DNA of 34,087 bases from Ministeria vibrans ATCC 50519 (GCA_943704425.1 CALSCP010000352.1:1-34087), one strand, 5' to 3'. Shown: positions 1 to 14,030, counted from the first letter of the stretch. The notes: generated by a model from the sequence alone, not told the origin. Program-made: numbers and translations.

Positions 1-86
<86 letters not shown>

Positions 87-112
87 CTTTATTTCTCTCT
101 CTCTCTCTCTCT
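1..112. repeat. (CT)n microsatellite in a GPCR intron
   Basis: Read directly from the sequence. Confidence 0.95.
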
Positions 113-144
113 GTTTGTTTGTTTTAATATTTTAATATTATTAG

Positions 145-3100
145 CATTCCGGCTGCCAAACAGACTCTGCGCACTCTTGTGCTGAACCAAGAAAAGAATC
201 AACTCATTGCCATTGTCAACTCTGAGGGTAATCTTATTCAATAATAGTAAAATAAGTAATAGTAGTTTTAACGCTTCCTCTTCTGTTCTTAGCGCCTCGC
301 TTCTCCCTGGGCGGGTCCGTTCCCGACATATTTTATGCGTACATTGCAGTGTTTGCGAGCGACACGGGATTGCTTTTGAATGCAACGAGGTTTGGTGAAG
401 GTGGCGGAGAACAACTGCTGGCAGGCGTGATCGATCAAGGATCGCTGTATTTCTGCGGGACGTCCAAGTCGGTGCTCATCCATGGCCATGTAAATCCAGG
501 TGGTTTCAATACAGACGCAGTGGTGATCAAGATGAATGCCACGACACTCGCTGTGGTCGCGACGCACTTTGAAGGATCCAACGAGCTGGACGTGCTAAAA
601 TCGATTACGGTTGACGCCAACGACAATGCCGTCTACGCTGTGGGCTATACCCAGGGCGGTGGATACGCACAGAATGTGCTTGTTATGCGTCTCACACTCG
701 ATCTCAAAGTGGTCTGGAAGCAAGTGCTGGTGGACAGCGAACCAACTTGGGCCATGCGCTTTGGAAATGCTATTGGTGTCGACTCACTTCTTGGCATTGT
801 TTACATTACAGGTGCCATCCAGGGCGCAGCCATTGATGGCCTCTTCGTCACAGTCAATGCCTACAGTGGCTATGCCAAAAGCACCGTGGTTGATACGGAC
901 ATGGGTAATGTCATTGGCTTCTCCATCGTGGTCGATCAGACCTCTCACTCCGTCTACCGCGTCTCAACGGTCCAGGCCAGTGCGCCACCCATCTACGAGA
1001 ACACGAAACTGCAGTCGACATGTCCTCTTTCAGCGCTCACCGGCACCTGCGCCTGCCCTACACCCTCGTACTCTTCTCTTGGATGCCAGCAGAGTCCATG
1101 CAACCCGAACCCTTGCTTGAACGGTGGCACTTGTGAAGTAGTCGACTCGAGCACATTTATCTGCCACTGTGACCGCGACCCCGAGTGGGATGGCAAGTAC
1201 TGCTTCACATCAACCTGCCCGCTGTGCAACCAGGGTGCGTGTTACGCGGCACGTTCTACCGACATCGCCGCAAATACCCTCGTGTGGTCAAGTGCCACCA
1301 CTGGTGCCGGTCTTCGCTCCACCGCTCGCTTTCGTCCCACTGCCGCAAATACCTTCTTTTTTGCGGGTGAAATCCATGGAAACGCCATTTTTGGTCCCAT
1401 TTCCGCCAACGGTTCTACCACAGTTGTGTGGGCATTTCTCAATACGGTCGACGGCTCACTGACGACGCCAGTGGCTTTCGACGCACGCAACGTCTCCCTC
1501 CGCACCATCTATTCTTACAAAACCTTTCTCGATTTTCGCTACTTTGTCGCTCTGAGCGCTCCAGGAGCACAGTCTACCGTCTTGCGGCTTGACACGCTGC
1601 TTCAAGTCGTCGTCGAAGCTCAATTGTACGAGTTGTTATCTACTAATTTCTCATCTTCTCATCACTCTCTTAAATGTTCTCTCTCTATCACTTTGTCTCT
1701 CTCTCTCTATCACTTTCTCTCTCTCTCTTTTACTTTCTCTCTCTCTTTCTCTGTCTTTCTCTCTCTCTCTCTCTCTTGAACTCTCTCTCTCTCTTGAACT
1801 CTCTCTCTTGAACTCTCTCTCTTGAACTCTCTCTCTTGAACTCTCTCTCTTGAACTCTCTCTCTTGAACTCTCTCTCTTGAACTCTCTCTCTTGAACTCT
1901 CTCTCTTCAAATCTCAACTCTCTCTCTTGAACTCTCTCTCTTGAACTCTCTCTCTTGAACTCTCTCTCTTGAACTCTCTCTCTTGAACTCTCTCTCTTGA
2001 ACTCTCTCTCTTGAACTCTCTCTCTCTTGAACTCTCTCTCTCTCTCTCTTGAACTCTCTCTCTTGAACTCTTGAACTCTCTCTCTTGAACTCTTGAACTC
2101 TCTCTCTCTCTTGAACTCTCTCTCAAAAATACCCATAGCCCTCTTGATGTGTATGCTATGGATTCGTTGCCCTATCATGGCCCTGAATTCTTGGCGCTCT
2201 GGGGAACCTCTACACGTACTAACAACTAAGAACGATGTAAACGCTCACAACACAAAAAAATAATAGGGGACATTTACAATACGACGAACAAAGGTGGCGA
2301 AGACTCGTACGTGGTGATCGTGTTTGGCGCAACACTCCAGTTCTTCAGTGCCACTCCAATTTTTTCTGCTTCCGGTGGCAATGACTCGGTGCGTGTGGCC
2401 ACGTTTGATGAACACCGACAGTCGTCGTATGCCGCTGGAATGACCTCGGGCAATTTGGGGGGTGCTCATGTAAGCTTTAATGACATATTTGTCGCCCAGT
2501 ACTCCTTTACCTTGTTCACCATTACTGCACTGGGCCACGTTGGCAGTACTGGCGATGATGTGTGTACGAGCATTGCACTGGACACCTCTGTGGGCACTCT
2601 CTTTGTCGCAGGCTATACCACAGGTGATTTCCCCGCTTTTGGCCAGAGCACCACTGGTGTGCACTCGGCACTTTTGGCGATCTTCACCAACACACTCGAC
2701 CTTGCGGATGTGAAATTGTTTTTGGGTTTCGAGAGCAGCAGTAGCGTGCAGGCAGTCAAGTTGGCCGTCGACATCACTTGGCATGCTCTCTACATGGCCG
2801 CATCCGAGATTCGCAACCCAAATAGCCCCACGACCGAGTCGGGAATTGTTTACCAGCTTAATTCGGTGACCGGTGAGCGTTTGGGACAGACAGCGCACCA
2901 CAACGACCAGACTGATCCCGACTACTACCGCGTGAGTGACATTCATGTGGATAGTGAAACACACGAGCTTCTCCAACTGGGCATGTTGGGTCAAGCTTCG
3001 CTGTCGCAGTTTGTCGTGGAAGCCCCAGTGAATGTGAGTCAATTCAGTACCACAAATGCCAGCTGCTTGTGTCCTCCTGGATCCTCGGGCGACCAGTGTC

Positions 3101-5601
3101 AGTTTACCACGTGCGACTCGTCGCCCTGCTTTCACTATGGTGTATGTGTACCTGCGCTCACGTCGTACACTTGCCAGTGCGCCTCAGGCTACTACGGCGC
3201 ACACTGTGAGTTTTCAACAGACTGTGGTCTCTGTGGTGTGGCCGACTGTCTTGAGGCACGAAACTGCTCAAATGATGTAGAGCAGTCGTTTTTTTCGGCG
3301 GCTGTGAGTTCTCCATTGAACAAGGCAAGGGTACATCTGAGCTGGTCTGATTCCAACCAAGACACAGTCTTTTTTGCTGGTAACATAAAATTTGCCGAGA
3401 CGTGGGGCTCCATTGGCATTGCAACGCATGATAGAGTTGTCTGCAGCCTCATTGGTGTTCCAACGGGCGTCGAATGGACCAGCGTGTACCTGCCCGAGTC
3501 CCAAGTCCATGACATTGCCGGCAGTACCGTTCGTCCCAATGGCACTCAGTCTCTCTTTTATGCGCTCTCAGCCGTCGACGTTGGGGGTAGCGCCGACTTT
3601 GCAAACATTGACATTTTGGATTCAACTTTGTCTCACGTCCAACGATTGCAACTGTAAGATCTCTCTTTTGGCTGTCCTGTTGCGATCTAAACTAAAAATG
3701 ATCGGTCCTTCTTTTTTTATAGGTCTGATTCACTTGGAATATACCCGACAGAAATACTGTACAACTTTGTTGATGACGTTCTCATTATTCTGTTCTACTC
3801 CTCTGGTAAGAACAAGTGCTGAAAATAGTGCAACGCAAGTTTTAATAATAACACTAAAACTGAATCATTATCGGGGGGGTGGTGGGTTTTTTTTTCCTAT
3901 TTTGTTTATAGCTGTGTCTCTGTACGGGATCAGTAACAATGGTGGTGTGGATGGATATATTCTCCTTCTAAATCCAGTGACTCTGGCGACTCTGTGGTCG
4001 CAGTCCACCTACTCACTGTCGGGCAATGATGATTATCTCAAGCATGGTGTGGTCGACGAAGCCGCTCAGTATGTGTACGCGGTGGGTGACACTCTGGGGG
4101 ATTTGGGGGGGACTTCGATGGGTGCACTTGATGTCTTTGTGGTGAAGCTGCACGCTGCCAATGGCACACGCGCATCCAATGCTTCCAAGGTTGCGTCGAC
4201 TGAGTCAGACCGGTCGGTGGGCGTTGCTGTGGACACCCTGTCAGGCTTTGTCTTTGTGGCGCTCACCTCGTCGGGTGGTTTTCCACAATTTGGCCTGGCC
4301 TCGTCCAATCAAGAGGACGCGTCCTATTTGGCCGTTTTCACGATTGATGATCTTACACTCGTGGGCCTGAAACGGTCTCTTGAAGAAGATGTGGGGGTAT
4401 CTCAGGCGTTGTCGCTCTCCGTTGACCACACACTTCATGTGCTTTACATGGCCGTACAGCACACAGTCAGCGAAAGAACGCACTCTGTTTTGCTGCAGTA
4501 CAACGCTGCGACTGTGGCACTGACATCGAGAGCAAGTCATTTGGAGGGTCACCCAACAAATTTTGTCATTGCCGATGTGTTGGCGAACTCTGTGCGCGAG
4601 ACCGTCTTGGTGGCAGCCACCTACTATACCGGTGCAACGGATACCGACTACGTCTTTTCAGAGGAATGCCTTGTCGGTGACCGCGTGGTATCCAACCAGT
4701 GTCTCTGTCCCCTTGGCACGTCTGGAGAGCTGTGCACCGTTGACGCCTGCAGCTCCAACCCCTGCTTGAATGGCGGCACATGCGTTGCAGAGTACGGCCT
4801 CTTTTCGTGCGTGTGCTCTGCTTCGCACACGGGTGCACTCTGCAATGAGTGTTTTGGCTGCGGTGCAAGCACCACGTGTGCCGAGATGCGCTCGTGCAAC
4901 AGCTCGGATGCGTCTCCACTTTGGACGAGCACTACGGCGAACAATGGTCTTCGTTACAGGACGGGGCACCTCCATTGGGGCGTCAACACGAGTGAAGTGT
5001 TCTTTGCCGCCAGTGTGGCCGGCGGAGTTTCCTGGTATGGTGACACAGCTTCTACACAAGCGTCTGCCGTGTACGCTTTCATCGATTCCGCCACGGGAAT
5101 CACAATTTCTTCAGGGCGCTCGCCCACCACGAGCCACCATCAGGTTGTTGACACGGCGGTGCGTCGCGACGACTCCAACACGCGCTACTTTCTCTTCTCG
5201 ACAGTGTCACAAAGCGGCTCGAAGTGTGAAATCACATGGCTGGACGCAAACCATGATCATATGGGCTCTCTTAGACTGTAAGCTCTGATATCACAATAAA
5301 TTATGGCAAAAGTAGCATGTGATAACAATAATACTGTGTAGAAATGCCACGGATGGACTGGGTTGCAGTCGGATTCTCTATGATCCCGTTCGAGATGTAA
5401 TTGCGGTGTTTGTACATTCCAGCAGTACGTCATAACGTTCATTTGTTTCCGCGTGTGTGTGTGAACAGAAGAAGGAGCAAAGGAGGAGCTGTGTTTCTTT
5501 CTCTCTTTTTTTCTCTCTATCACTTTGTTTCTTTCTTCCTCCTCTCTCCCTATATATATATATATATATATCACTTTGGTTTTCTTTCTTCTCCTCCTCC
5601 T

Positions 5602-5637
<36 letters not shown>

Positions 5638-7523
5638 AACTCTTGAACTCTTGAACTCTCTTTCTCTCTTGAACTCTTTCTCTCTTGAACTCTTGAACTC
5701 TTGAACTCTTGAACTCTCTTGAACTCTTGAACTCTCTCTTTCTCTCTCTCTTGAACTCTCTCTCTCTCTCTTGAACTCTCTCTCTCTCTCTCTCTTTTTC
5801 TCTTGAACTCTTGAACTCCTTGAACTCTCTTGAACTCTCTCTCTCTCTCTTGAACTCTTGAACTCTTGAACTCTCTCCTGAACTCTCTTGAACTCTTGAA
5901 CTCTCTCCTGAACTCTCTTGAACTCTTGAACTCTCTCCTGAACTCTCTTGAACTCTCCCTCTCTCTTGAACACACTCTCTCCATTAATTTATTGTGGTTG
6001 GTTGTTTAGGCGTTACATACGCGGGTATTTTGAACCAGGGCGAACTAGACGCGTACATTGTGAAATTGGACGCCCTCTCGTTGACTTTTCTCGGGGCGCA
6101 GACACTCGCGTCGAGTGGAAGCGAACGTTTTTACGCGGCGTGTCTCGACGAAGCATCCGAATATTATTACGTGACGGGCACCACCACTGGCAATTTGGGT
6201 GGTCCCTTTGTTGCCGCAACCGACTCGTTTGCGGCCAAAGTGGACGCAGCAAGTTTAAATGTGGTTGCCACGGTGAAGTTTGCGGGAACGGCGACGGACA
6301 GGCCTGCAGATATTGCGGTGGACTCGAGGACAGGACTTATCTTTGTGGTGGGTAGTTCCTACGGCGACTACCCTGACTTTGGGCTTACAATTGATCATAA
6401 TCGTGCAGCAACATTGGCCATATTCACATTGGATATGGTGCTCCTTGACGTGCAATTTCCCGTTGGCTCCTATGTTTCGTATGGCGTTGCCATTACTATT
6501 GACCCGCTCTTGCACATTGCGTACCTGGCCATGTCAGTGACATCCGACCAGCTCGATTTTACCACGGAACACGGTGTAGTGGTTCAAGTGAGCTCGGTGA
6601 ATGGCGCTACGCTGGGCGAGACCAGTCACCACAACGACGTGCCCGACGCACTCTACTACCAGATCAGCGATGTACTGGTCCGCACCGACGATAACATCTT
6701 GTACCAGGTGGGTGTGTATGGTCTCGGGACAGTAGCCGACTTTGAAATGACCACCGAGTGTCACTCAACGGCGGTGCAAGGAAATCTTGCGTGTGTGTGT
6801 CCGTGGGGGTCGAGTGGCGATGGGTGTCAACAAGGTCCGTGCGAGTCAAATCCTTGTTTGAATGCCAACAGCCACTGCTCCAGTGTTGCTGCCGGCTACG
6901 TGTGCACATGTGGTACTGGCTACTCGGGCACCAACTGTGAGATTTCCGACTGTGACTTGGGCGTGTGCGGTGTGAATGCAACGTCGTGCGTAATGAACCA
7001 CGATGGTTCGTTTGAGTGCTACTGTGACAACTCACACACAGGTCGTTTCTGCCAGCAGTATGCCTGTTCATCCGACTGTGGCACGGGCGAGTGCTCCACG
7101 TCACGCTTCTGTGACGACCCTAATGAAAGCGCAGCGCTGTGGACCAGTGTGTCCAGTGGCACTGCGTTCCGCGGGTCCCCGCAGGGTATCATGGGCTCTG
7201 GTGAAAATGAAGTGTTCCTCTTTACCACAATGCACCCTGGCAACGTGTGGTTTGATGGTTCCGTTGCGACACACAAAAGTGCTGTCTATGCTGCCTTTGA
7301 CTCTCACACAGGCTATACAACTGCGACTGGTCGCCTCACTGCCTCAGGACTCAGCTCACTCGATTGTGTCGCTGCCGATTGTGTGGTCCACAGCAGCACC
7401 AAATTCTACCATCTCCTTGTGCGTGTCCATTCGTTCTTTCTCATTGGCTACATTGTCGTCTTGCACCCTGTTTCGCTTAATATCCAGAGTCTCCAGCCAT
7501 TGTAAGCAATATAATTATAATTA

Positions 7524-7605
<82 letters not shown>

Positions 7606-10600
7606 GTTGTTGTTGTTGTTGTTGTTATTATTATTATTATTATTATACTGACCATCTCTTTGTTTAGTGAGTCGGGTGAATCGGTCGATCTGGAAGTGCA
7701 CAATCTGCTGTTCAACTCCAAAAACGATCTTTTTCTCATGACTGTCTCTACTCAAGGTAAGTTGATTGTTGTCTGACACATTTTCTAACGCGCATCCGCA
7801 TTATTTTTGATTTTTTGTGCTTTGCAAATTGTAGCGACGAATTACAAGGGGAAGAGCAATAATGGTGGATTCGATGGCTATGTGCTTGTGCTGTCTGGAA
7901 GCACGATGGCAGATGTGTCGGTGACGCATGTGTATTCAAGCGATGGGTTTGACGACAAGTTTGCAACGGCATGTCTGGACGAAGCGAGTGTGTTTGCGTA
8001 TGCGGCGGGTACGACGCGTGGGGATCTGGGGGGTGTCCAATTGGGAGTGGACAATGTGTTTGTTGTCAAGATTCAAGCGTCGAATGGCTTGGTAGCTGCC
8101 GTGGGCAAAGTGGGCTCGACGGCGTTTGATGCGCCGACCAGTGTGGCAGTCGATACGGCCAGTGGACTGATATTTGTGGGAGGTCACTCGAACGGCGCCT
8201 TCCCGGCCTTTGGTCTTGTTGCTCCCAGTGACCCCACTGCGATGCTTGCCGTCTTTACCATGCTTGATCTTAAGCTGCTTGATGTACAATTGATGACTGG
8301 TTCAACCGAGAGTCGGGGCGTGTCCATCGCCATTGATTATGCACTTCGAATGGTGTTCTTTGCGACCGTGGAGTGGCCCACTCCGTCGGATGAACAGAGT
8401 CAATATGGTCGAGTCTACCAACTCAGCAGTGTGAATGGGACACTCATTGGCGATGTGGATTTTTTGAGTGCACAAGATGACAACGAACTGTACCTGGTGA
8501 GTCAGGTGCTGGTGGATCCTGAACAGCACAAGGTGTTCCACTTGGGTAGTCGGGGCAATGCGACTGTGGCAGGACAGGTCACGGCGACGATCATGTGTCA
8601 GGAAGCGTACCTCTCGTATGCGACCGCCAAGTGTTTTTGTCCATTTGGTGTCTATGGCGACGAGTGTGAAGTCGATACAACCGTTAATGTGTGTGACTCG
8701 AGTCCCTGTGAGAACAATGCGACGTGTTCTCCGGTGGCCTTCCCCTTGTACACATGCGACTGTCTTCCTGGCTACCTTGGTTCCAACTGCGAGCAGTCAC
8801 TCTGCGATTTTAACCCTTGTGCTTCCTCCGCTGCGTGTACCATTACCATGGGCGGGAGCGACCCGTACACTTGTACCTGTCCCTCTGGCTCGACCGATCC
8901 CACCTGCTATCTTCCCGATTGCAATTCGCCCACGAACTGCGGTGTGGGTGTGTGCGAGCACACGGCAAAGTGTGCTTCCATGAGCGGAGTGGATCACCAC
9001 ATTGGCAGTCTCACCAACACAGCTCCTCCCTACGACGTGTCCGGCTCCGTTCGTGCCTTTGTCACCAGCTCCCAGCACCTGTTTGTCGCCACGTCGGTGC
9101 CGTTGAACTCTGTCTGGTACGACCGACCAGCGGCCACCAGGTCACATACGGTGGTTTGGTCACAGCTGAACGGCAAGACAGGCGCCCACATGGAATCGCA
9201 CACGGTGAACATTGACAATCTGAATGCAACGCTGCTCGACGCGGAGCGCGGCGTGGACGACTCTGAGTTCTTTCTCAGTGGCACTGCGTACGTGAACGAT
9301 ACGACATTGTTGGCCTTTGTCTATTCCCCTTTGTGGTCATCTCCCATCCTTTTGGGCGTTGCTTCAACCCAGTCGCAAGCACAAAGCATTGTTTACGATT
9401 CTTTCTCGAAATTGGTCTACGTCTTTATCAATTCTAACCGTATGAGGGGGAGGATTATTAATATTATGCTTATTAGCTTATCATGATGCTTTTTTTTTTA
9501 GAAATATTTCCTGGAATCAACCCTGGAGGGAGTTTGATTATTTATGTGGCAGCATTCAACGCAAGCACGTCAGCACAGGAGTCACTAGCGTGGATCATTG
9601 GAACGAACACGACTAAGCAGCAAGTGAGCGAAGCGGCGCTGTCGCCAAATGGGACGTCGGTGTACATGCTGGGCACAAGTAACGGGCCCCTTGATGACCT
9701 CCCGAACATGGGTGGATTGGATATGATTGTGTATCAGTTGGACACGGCGACCGGTGTGACACTGAACAAGCGGGTCTTTGGCACGAGCAGTGATGACGAG
9801 GCAGGAGATATTGCAGTGGACCCCACGAGTGGCGCAGTATACGTGATTGGTACATCAAGTGGGTCATTTATCCAGTACGGTGTGATTGGCCAGGGCATTG
9901 TCAAGGCGGTTCTCATTAAGATGGATGCAAGCCTCAACGTGGACTTTATTGAGCTGCACTCTGTGACGGGAGCCTTTGCACACGGGATGTGCGTGTCGAT
10001 TGATGCCGCACTGGGTTTGCTTTACTTTGGCACGTACTCTCCACCACCTGCCTCTCCGGGAAATGGCACGGCCGCAGTGACCATCTACGACGCTTCAACA
10101 ATGACCTATCTGGGCTTTGAGACGATTCCATCCGTGGGGCTGCTTGACACAATAGTGGATCCCTCTACACATGGCGTCTATCGGGTGTATGCGCAACAGC
10201 ATCAGAGTGGGAGTGGAATGAGATCTGCGGCATTGGACATTGTGTGTCCTTTGAAGGCTGTCGTGTCGGAGTGTGCGTGTCCCCTTGGGCTTGCAGGATC
10301 CAACTGCAGTCGACCGATTGAATGCTTCAATAGCGGCAAGGTGATCAATGGTGTGTGCGAGTGTACGTTGGTCTTTGAAGGGAAGCAGTGTGAGCTAGTG
10401 AAAAGCCCTGCCTCGGTGATTGCCGATTTGCCTGCGAATCTTGACGAACAAGCGCCGGCACTCTTTGAGGCGCTTGCCAATGCTACCACAGTCAACAACG
10501 CGACGCTCGGTGTGTTTGTGGAGGTATTCTCGACAGTGACGACCGATCCCGTGACCAACGAGGTGAAGAAGATGCTAAGCGAAACGACCACCTCGATACT

Positions 10601-12968
10601 ACTTCAGGTGATGACGAGCTTGGTTGCTGGTCTACCCGACCTCTCTGCGACGCCCACTGCGACGCTTGCAGGACTCGCAGACACCTTTGATAGTTTGCGC
10701 GTCATGAATGCGTTGCCCACTGTGCTCAGCGCCTCTGAGACGTCCACACCCGCACTGCTACTCGAGTCGGTCGCGAAGGCGAGTGTGCAACTGCCAAGTA
10801 ACGACAGTACAGGTGTGGCATGCGGACAGCTTCGGTATGTGCAGTCAAGCAGTGGCAACATTGCACTTTCCGCAGCCTCGTTTGGTCGCGCGGACGCCGA
10901 CAACGCAGTGAGGGATGTACAACTGGAAGGTCTTCCGTCGGGCGTAGCCTTGGCGCTCTCGTCTACGACAGCCGATGCAGTCTTTCAATCGACCAATTGC
11001 ACGCGACTTGTCATTAACACGCTCCAGTCGAGTGAAACATTCTTCCAACCGTCAGTGCGCGCAGTGCGCAGTGTCATTGCAACGGCAACCTTTGTCGATG
11101 TGTCGCTTCCGAACCCACTGCCACGTAATGGCTCGGTGAGCATGGCGTTTGACGTGGTACGCAATGCGGACGTGGATGGTTCGGTGCCAACGTGTGTTGC
11201 GTGGAACTTGACGAGTCGCGAGTGGGACGCGAGCGGGTGCACTGTGCTAGCGTACACGGGGAATCGTGTGACGTGCGAGTGCACCCACATGACAAATTTT
11301 GCCGTTGTTTTTGACCCGTACCGCTCGGAGGCGAGCGAGACGGTGCTCACGGCCGTCTCATACGTGGGTGTCGCACTGGCGATTGTTGCGAGTGCGTCTG
11401 TGCTTGTGGTGTATGGATCGCTACGAAAGCTGCGCACGCGCCCTCTTGTGCTCATCATGCTGTGTTGTGTGGGCATCCTTGCGACCGAAACCATGTTTGT
11501 CGTGGACGCTGTGAGCTCGAGCGCACCGTCGCTGAGCCGTGGCGGGTGTTTTGCATTGGGTCTTTTGCTGCACTACGCCATGCTCGTGCAGTTTGTGGCT
11601 CTTCTCACAGTCGGCGCGGGTTTCCACTACCTGCTTCACGACGCCAAGCAGCTGACAGCGCCCATCGTTCGGCGTCTGATTGTCGTTGTGTTTGTTGTGC
11701 CCGCACTAATTGTGCTTATGTACATTGTTGTGTATGCAGCTGTGCCATCGCTTGACGCACTCGATGCCTATGGTAATGTGTTTGGCGGTGGCAGTGGTGC
11801 GACGGTCTTCTGCTTTGTGCCCAGTGGCGTGTCAATGTGGGTAACTGTTGTGGCCCCCGTCGCAATTGTGCTCCTTGCAAACCTTGTGCTCTATGTGCGC
11901 ATTACGCTGTCGATGCGACGTCAGCAAAAGCTGGTCCCTGAGCGCGCGCGCACGAGTCGCATTGGGGTGTTTATTTCACTTGCGGTGCTCTTGGGCGTCA
12001 CTTGGTTGTGTGCCTTCCTTGTCATTGCCATTCGCTCAGTGGTCGTCCAGTACGTCTTTGTCGTGTGCAACGGCCTTCTTGGGGTGTTTCTCTTTGTGAA
12101 GTACGTGACGCTGCCCAAGGTGCGCCTTGGCTTCCGCGAGCTTATTTCCACCTGGCGACGCGGCGCATCTTCGTCCAAGACGTTGTCGACGCGCGTGAAG
12201 ACGAGCAAGAGCAGAACGACAGGCAAGGGCGGTCGAACTGCGGGCACGAGCAACGGGAGCACACGGTCGCAGCCTGTGTCGTTGCCGCCGCACCAGCAGC
12301 AGAAGAGCGAGGGTCGCATGAGAGAGCGGCGTCTCAGCGACGGCGACTGGAGTTCGAGTAGTGTGCTATCGCCCATGATGGGACGTCGTGCGGGTGACGG
12401 TGGGACGTCGTCGCCACCGGTGTCGCCAGGCCACCAACGCATTGCGTCGCCACAGCGTGACCACTCGCCGTTGTCCAAGTCGCGAGGTGCTTCAGCCATG
12501 TCTATTTTACTGCCCCTGCGCACTTCCAAGGCAACGGGCCGTGCGCCCGCAAGTTCGTCGTTCTTCTCGGACGATCGCAAAGTACGCAACGGTAACAGTA
12601 TCAGCAGCAGTAGTGGGAGAATTGGACATACCAACAGTCTCACAAGCAGCCACAACAACAAGGGGAGCTCGAAGAAGACACATTTGACGCAGGTTGCGTC
12701 TATTGGCGCAGTGCACACAACGCCGTCGACTTCCTCCGGCGGCTCCGAGTGGATTAGCTGCTGGGACGACCCGACCAGCGCAGCCGCGGCTACCGATGGC
12801 CTTTCGCACACACTGCGCTCTCTTGCCCAGTCCTCTACTGCGCCCTCTGCATGCCAGCCCGCTTTCTTTTCGGGTTCTGCTGACGACGAAATGTTTGAAA
12901 TGGAAGACTGTGAAGTCTCAAGACAGTACGAGAGATTTTGTTTGGGTTTGTTTTGTGTTCCTTAATAG

Positions 12969-13019
<51 letters not shown>

Positions 13020-13114
13020 TTTTTGTCTTTTTAGTTTGCTTCAGTCGCGCGATGACTCGCCGCTCAACTCTCCTCGCCGTCTTACCTTTGGTCGTGATCC
13101 GTTTGATGACAGTC
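145..13114 (+). CDS. Giant adhesion GPCR (six SBBP-like beta-propeller modules with EGF repeats, GAIN/GPS, 7TM, Ser-rich tail); 5' end lies outside the window, last exon uncertain
   Basis: Phase-consistent GT-AG exons: 145-227, 293-1625, 2139-2215, 2267-3653, 3723-3805, 3912-5277, 5342-5424, 6010-7501, 7668-7756, 7835-9439, 9502-12925, 13035-13114 (11,102 nt). Propeller motifs such as GTTRGDLGG..G.DNVFVVK and D....VAVD..SG.IFV.G; EGF motifs such as CSSNPCLNGGTC; GPS CVAWNLTSREWDASGC...VTCECTHMTNFAVVF; then seven hydrophobic helices. Confidence 0.92.
1775..2124. repeat. Compound satellite [CTTGAA(CT)n], mostly 14-bp units
   Basis: Tandem cttgaactctctct units inside intron 1626-2138. Confidence 0.95.
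5634..5980. repeat. Compound satellite [CTTGAA(CT)n], variable unit length
   Basis: Tandem units inside intron 5425-6009. Confidence 0.95.
7520..7646. repeat. (TTA)n/(TTG)n trinucleotide microsatellite, intronic
   Basis: Read directly from the sequence. Confidence 0.95.
11192..11315 (+). other. GPS motif with predicted autoproteolysis site H-M|T (11291/11292) and Stachel-like TNFAVVFDP
   Basis: The C-x2-W...W...GC...C-x-C-x-H-M-T-N-F-A pattern matches the established adhesion-GPCR GPS consensus and sits immediately before TM1. Confidence 0.9.
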
Positions 13115-13204
13115 GTAAGATGATGTTCTCTCTCACCTACTTTGTATTGCGTGTATTGTGTTCTCTCTCTCTCTCTCCACTAAAATTTGTTTTTCTTTCT
13201 TTCT

Positions 13205-13230
13205 CCTCTCTCTCTCTCTCTCTCTCTCTT

Positions 13231-13320
<90 letters not shown>
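13205..13320. repeat. (CT)n microsatellite at the GPCR/POLE2 junction
   Basis: Read directly from the sequence. Confidence 0.95.
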
Positions 13321-13323
<3 letters not shown>

Positions 13324-13330
13324 TTTACAG

Positions 13331-13877
13331 CGTACAGTACTGTACGCAGGAAATTGTCGTGTTTGCGAATGACACTCTCAATAAACTCCGTCGCAATGTT
13401 GTGCTGGCGCCCAGCGAGCAGGAACCAGACATCACCAAACACGTACTCGTTGCTCTTTTTCTCTCGCCTACTTTCTTTTGACCTGTGCCGCGCTTCCTTA
13501 GATGGTCAAGACGCTGATTGATCAAGGATCCCTCTCACCACTGTCGCTCCATTCTCAACCGGTGTTCTGGGCACACGCGCACGCACTACAGCTGTACCCC
13601 ATTCCGGACGTGGTAAGAACAATGCCGAGAGAAAATGTCTTTGTGTGTTTTCATGCGCTCATTCAAATGCGTTGCATCTCATTGTTTACATTTACGTGCC
13701 TCTCTCACACTCTGCCTCTCTTCCCAGCTGCTCCTCGCGTGTCCCGGCGAGCCCTTTCACGTTGACTACGAGGGCTGCACTGCCTGCAGTCCCGGCCCCT
13801 TTGACACCACCGGTCAATTTCAAGTCTATTCACCTGCTTCCCGTGAGATCGAGTCCAGCCAAGTTGATCTTGCATAA
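13331..13877 (+). CDS. POLE2: DNA polymerase epsilon subunit B, last three exons only
   Basis: Exons 13331-13442, 13502-13612 and 13728-13877 give VQYCTQEIVVFANDTLNKLRRN...MVKTLIDQGSLSPL...PVFWAHAHALQLYPIPDVLLLA...CSPGPF...FQVYSPASREIESS, matching the POLE2/Dpb2 C-terminus. Confidence 0.9.
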
Positions 13878-14030
13878 GACGCAATCCCCTCCCCCAATTA
13901 CGATGTACAAATTTGCTAATTCACTTTTTTTTTTTTATCAATGGTTCAAGATAATAATAATAATAATAATAATAATAGTAATAACAGTAATAATAGTACT
14001 AATAGTAATAATAATTGTACAATAATACTC

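Noticed and set aside
1651-2178. ORFs rich in RERE/SLSL/poly-I/poly-N here and at 5257-5984, 7477-7779, 13137-13481, 19372-20150 and 25604-26389
   Set aside because: They are translations of microsatellites or antisense frames of the polyQ exon.
11921-12811. Long minus-strand ORFs opposite the GPCR (also 2245-3135)
   Set aside because: Antisense shadows of GC-rich coding sequence with no recognisable motifs.
13035-13877. In-frame GPCR-POLE2 fusion protein
   Set aside because: The GPCR donor is phase 1 and the POLE2 acceptor is phase 2, so splicing them would not give the POLE2 frame.
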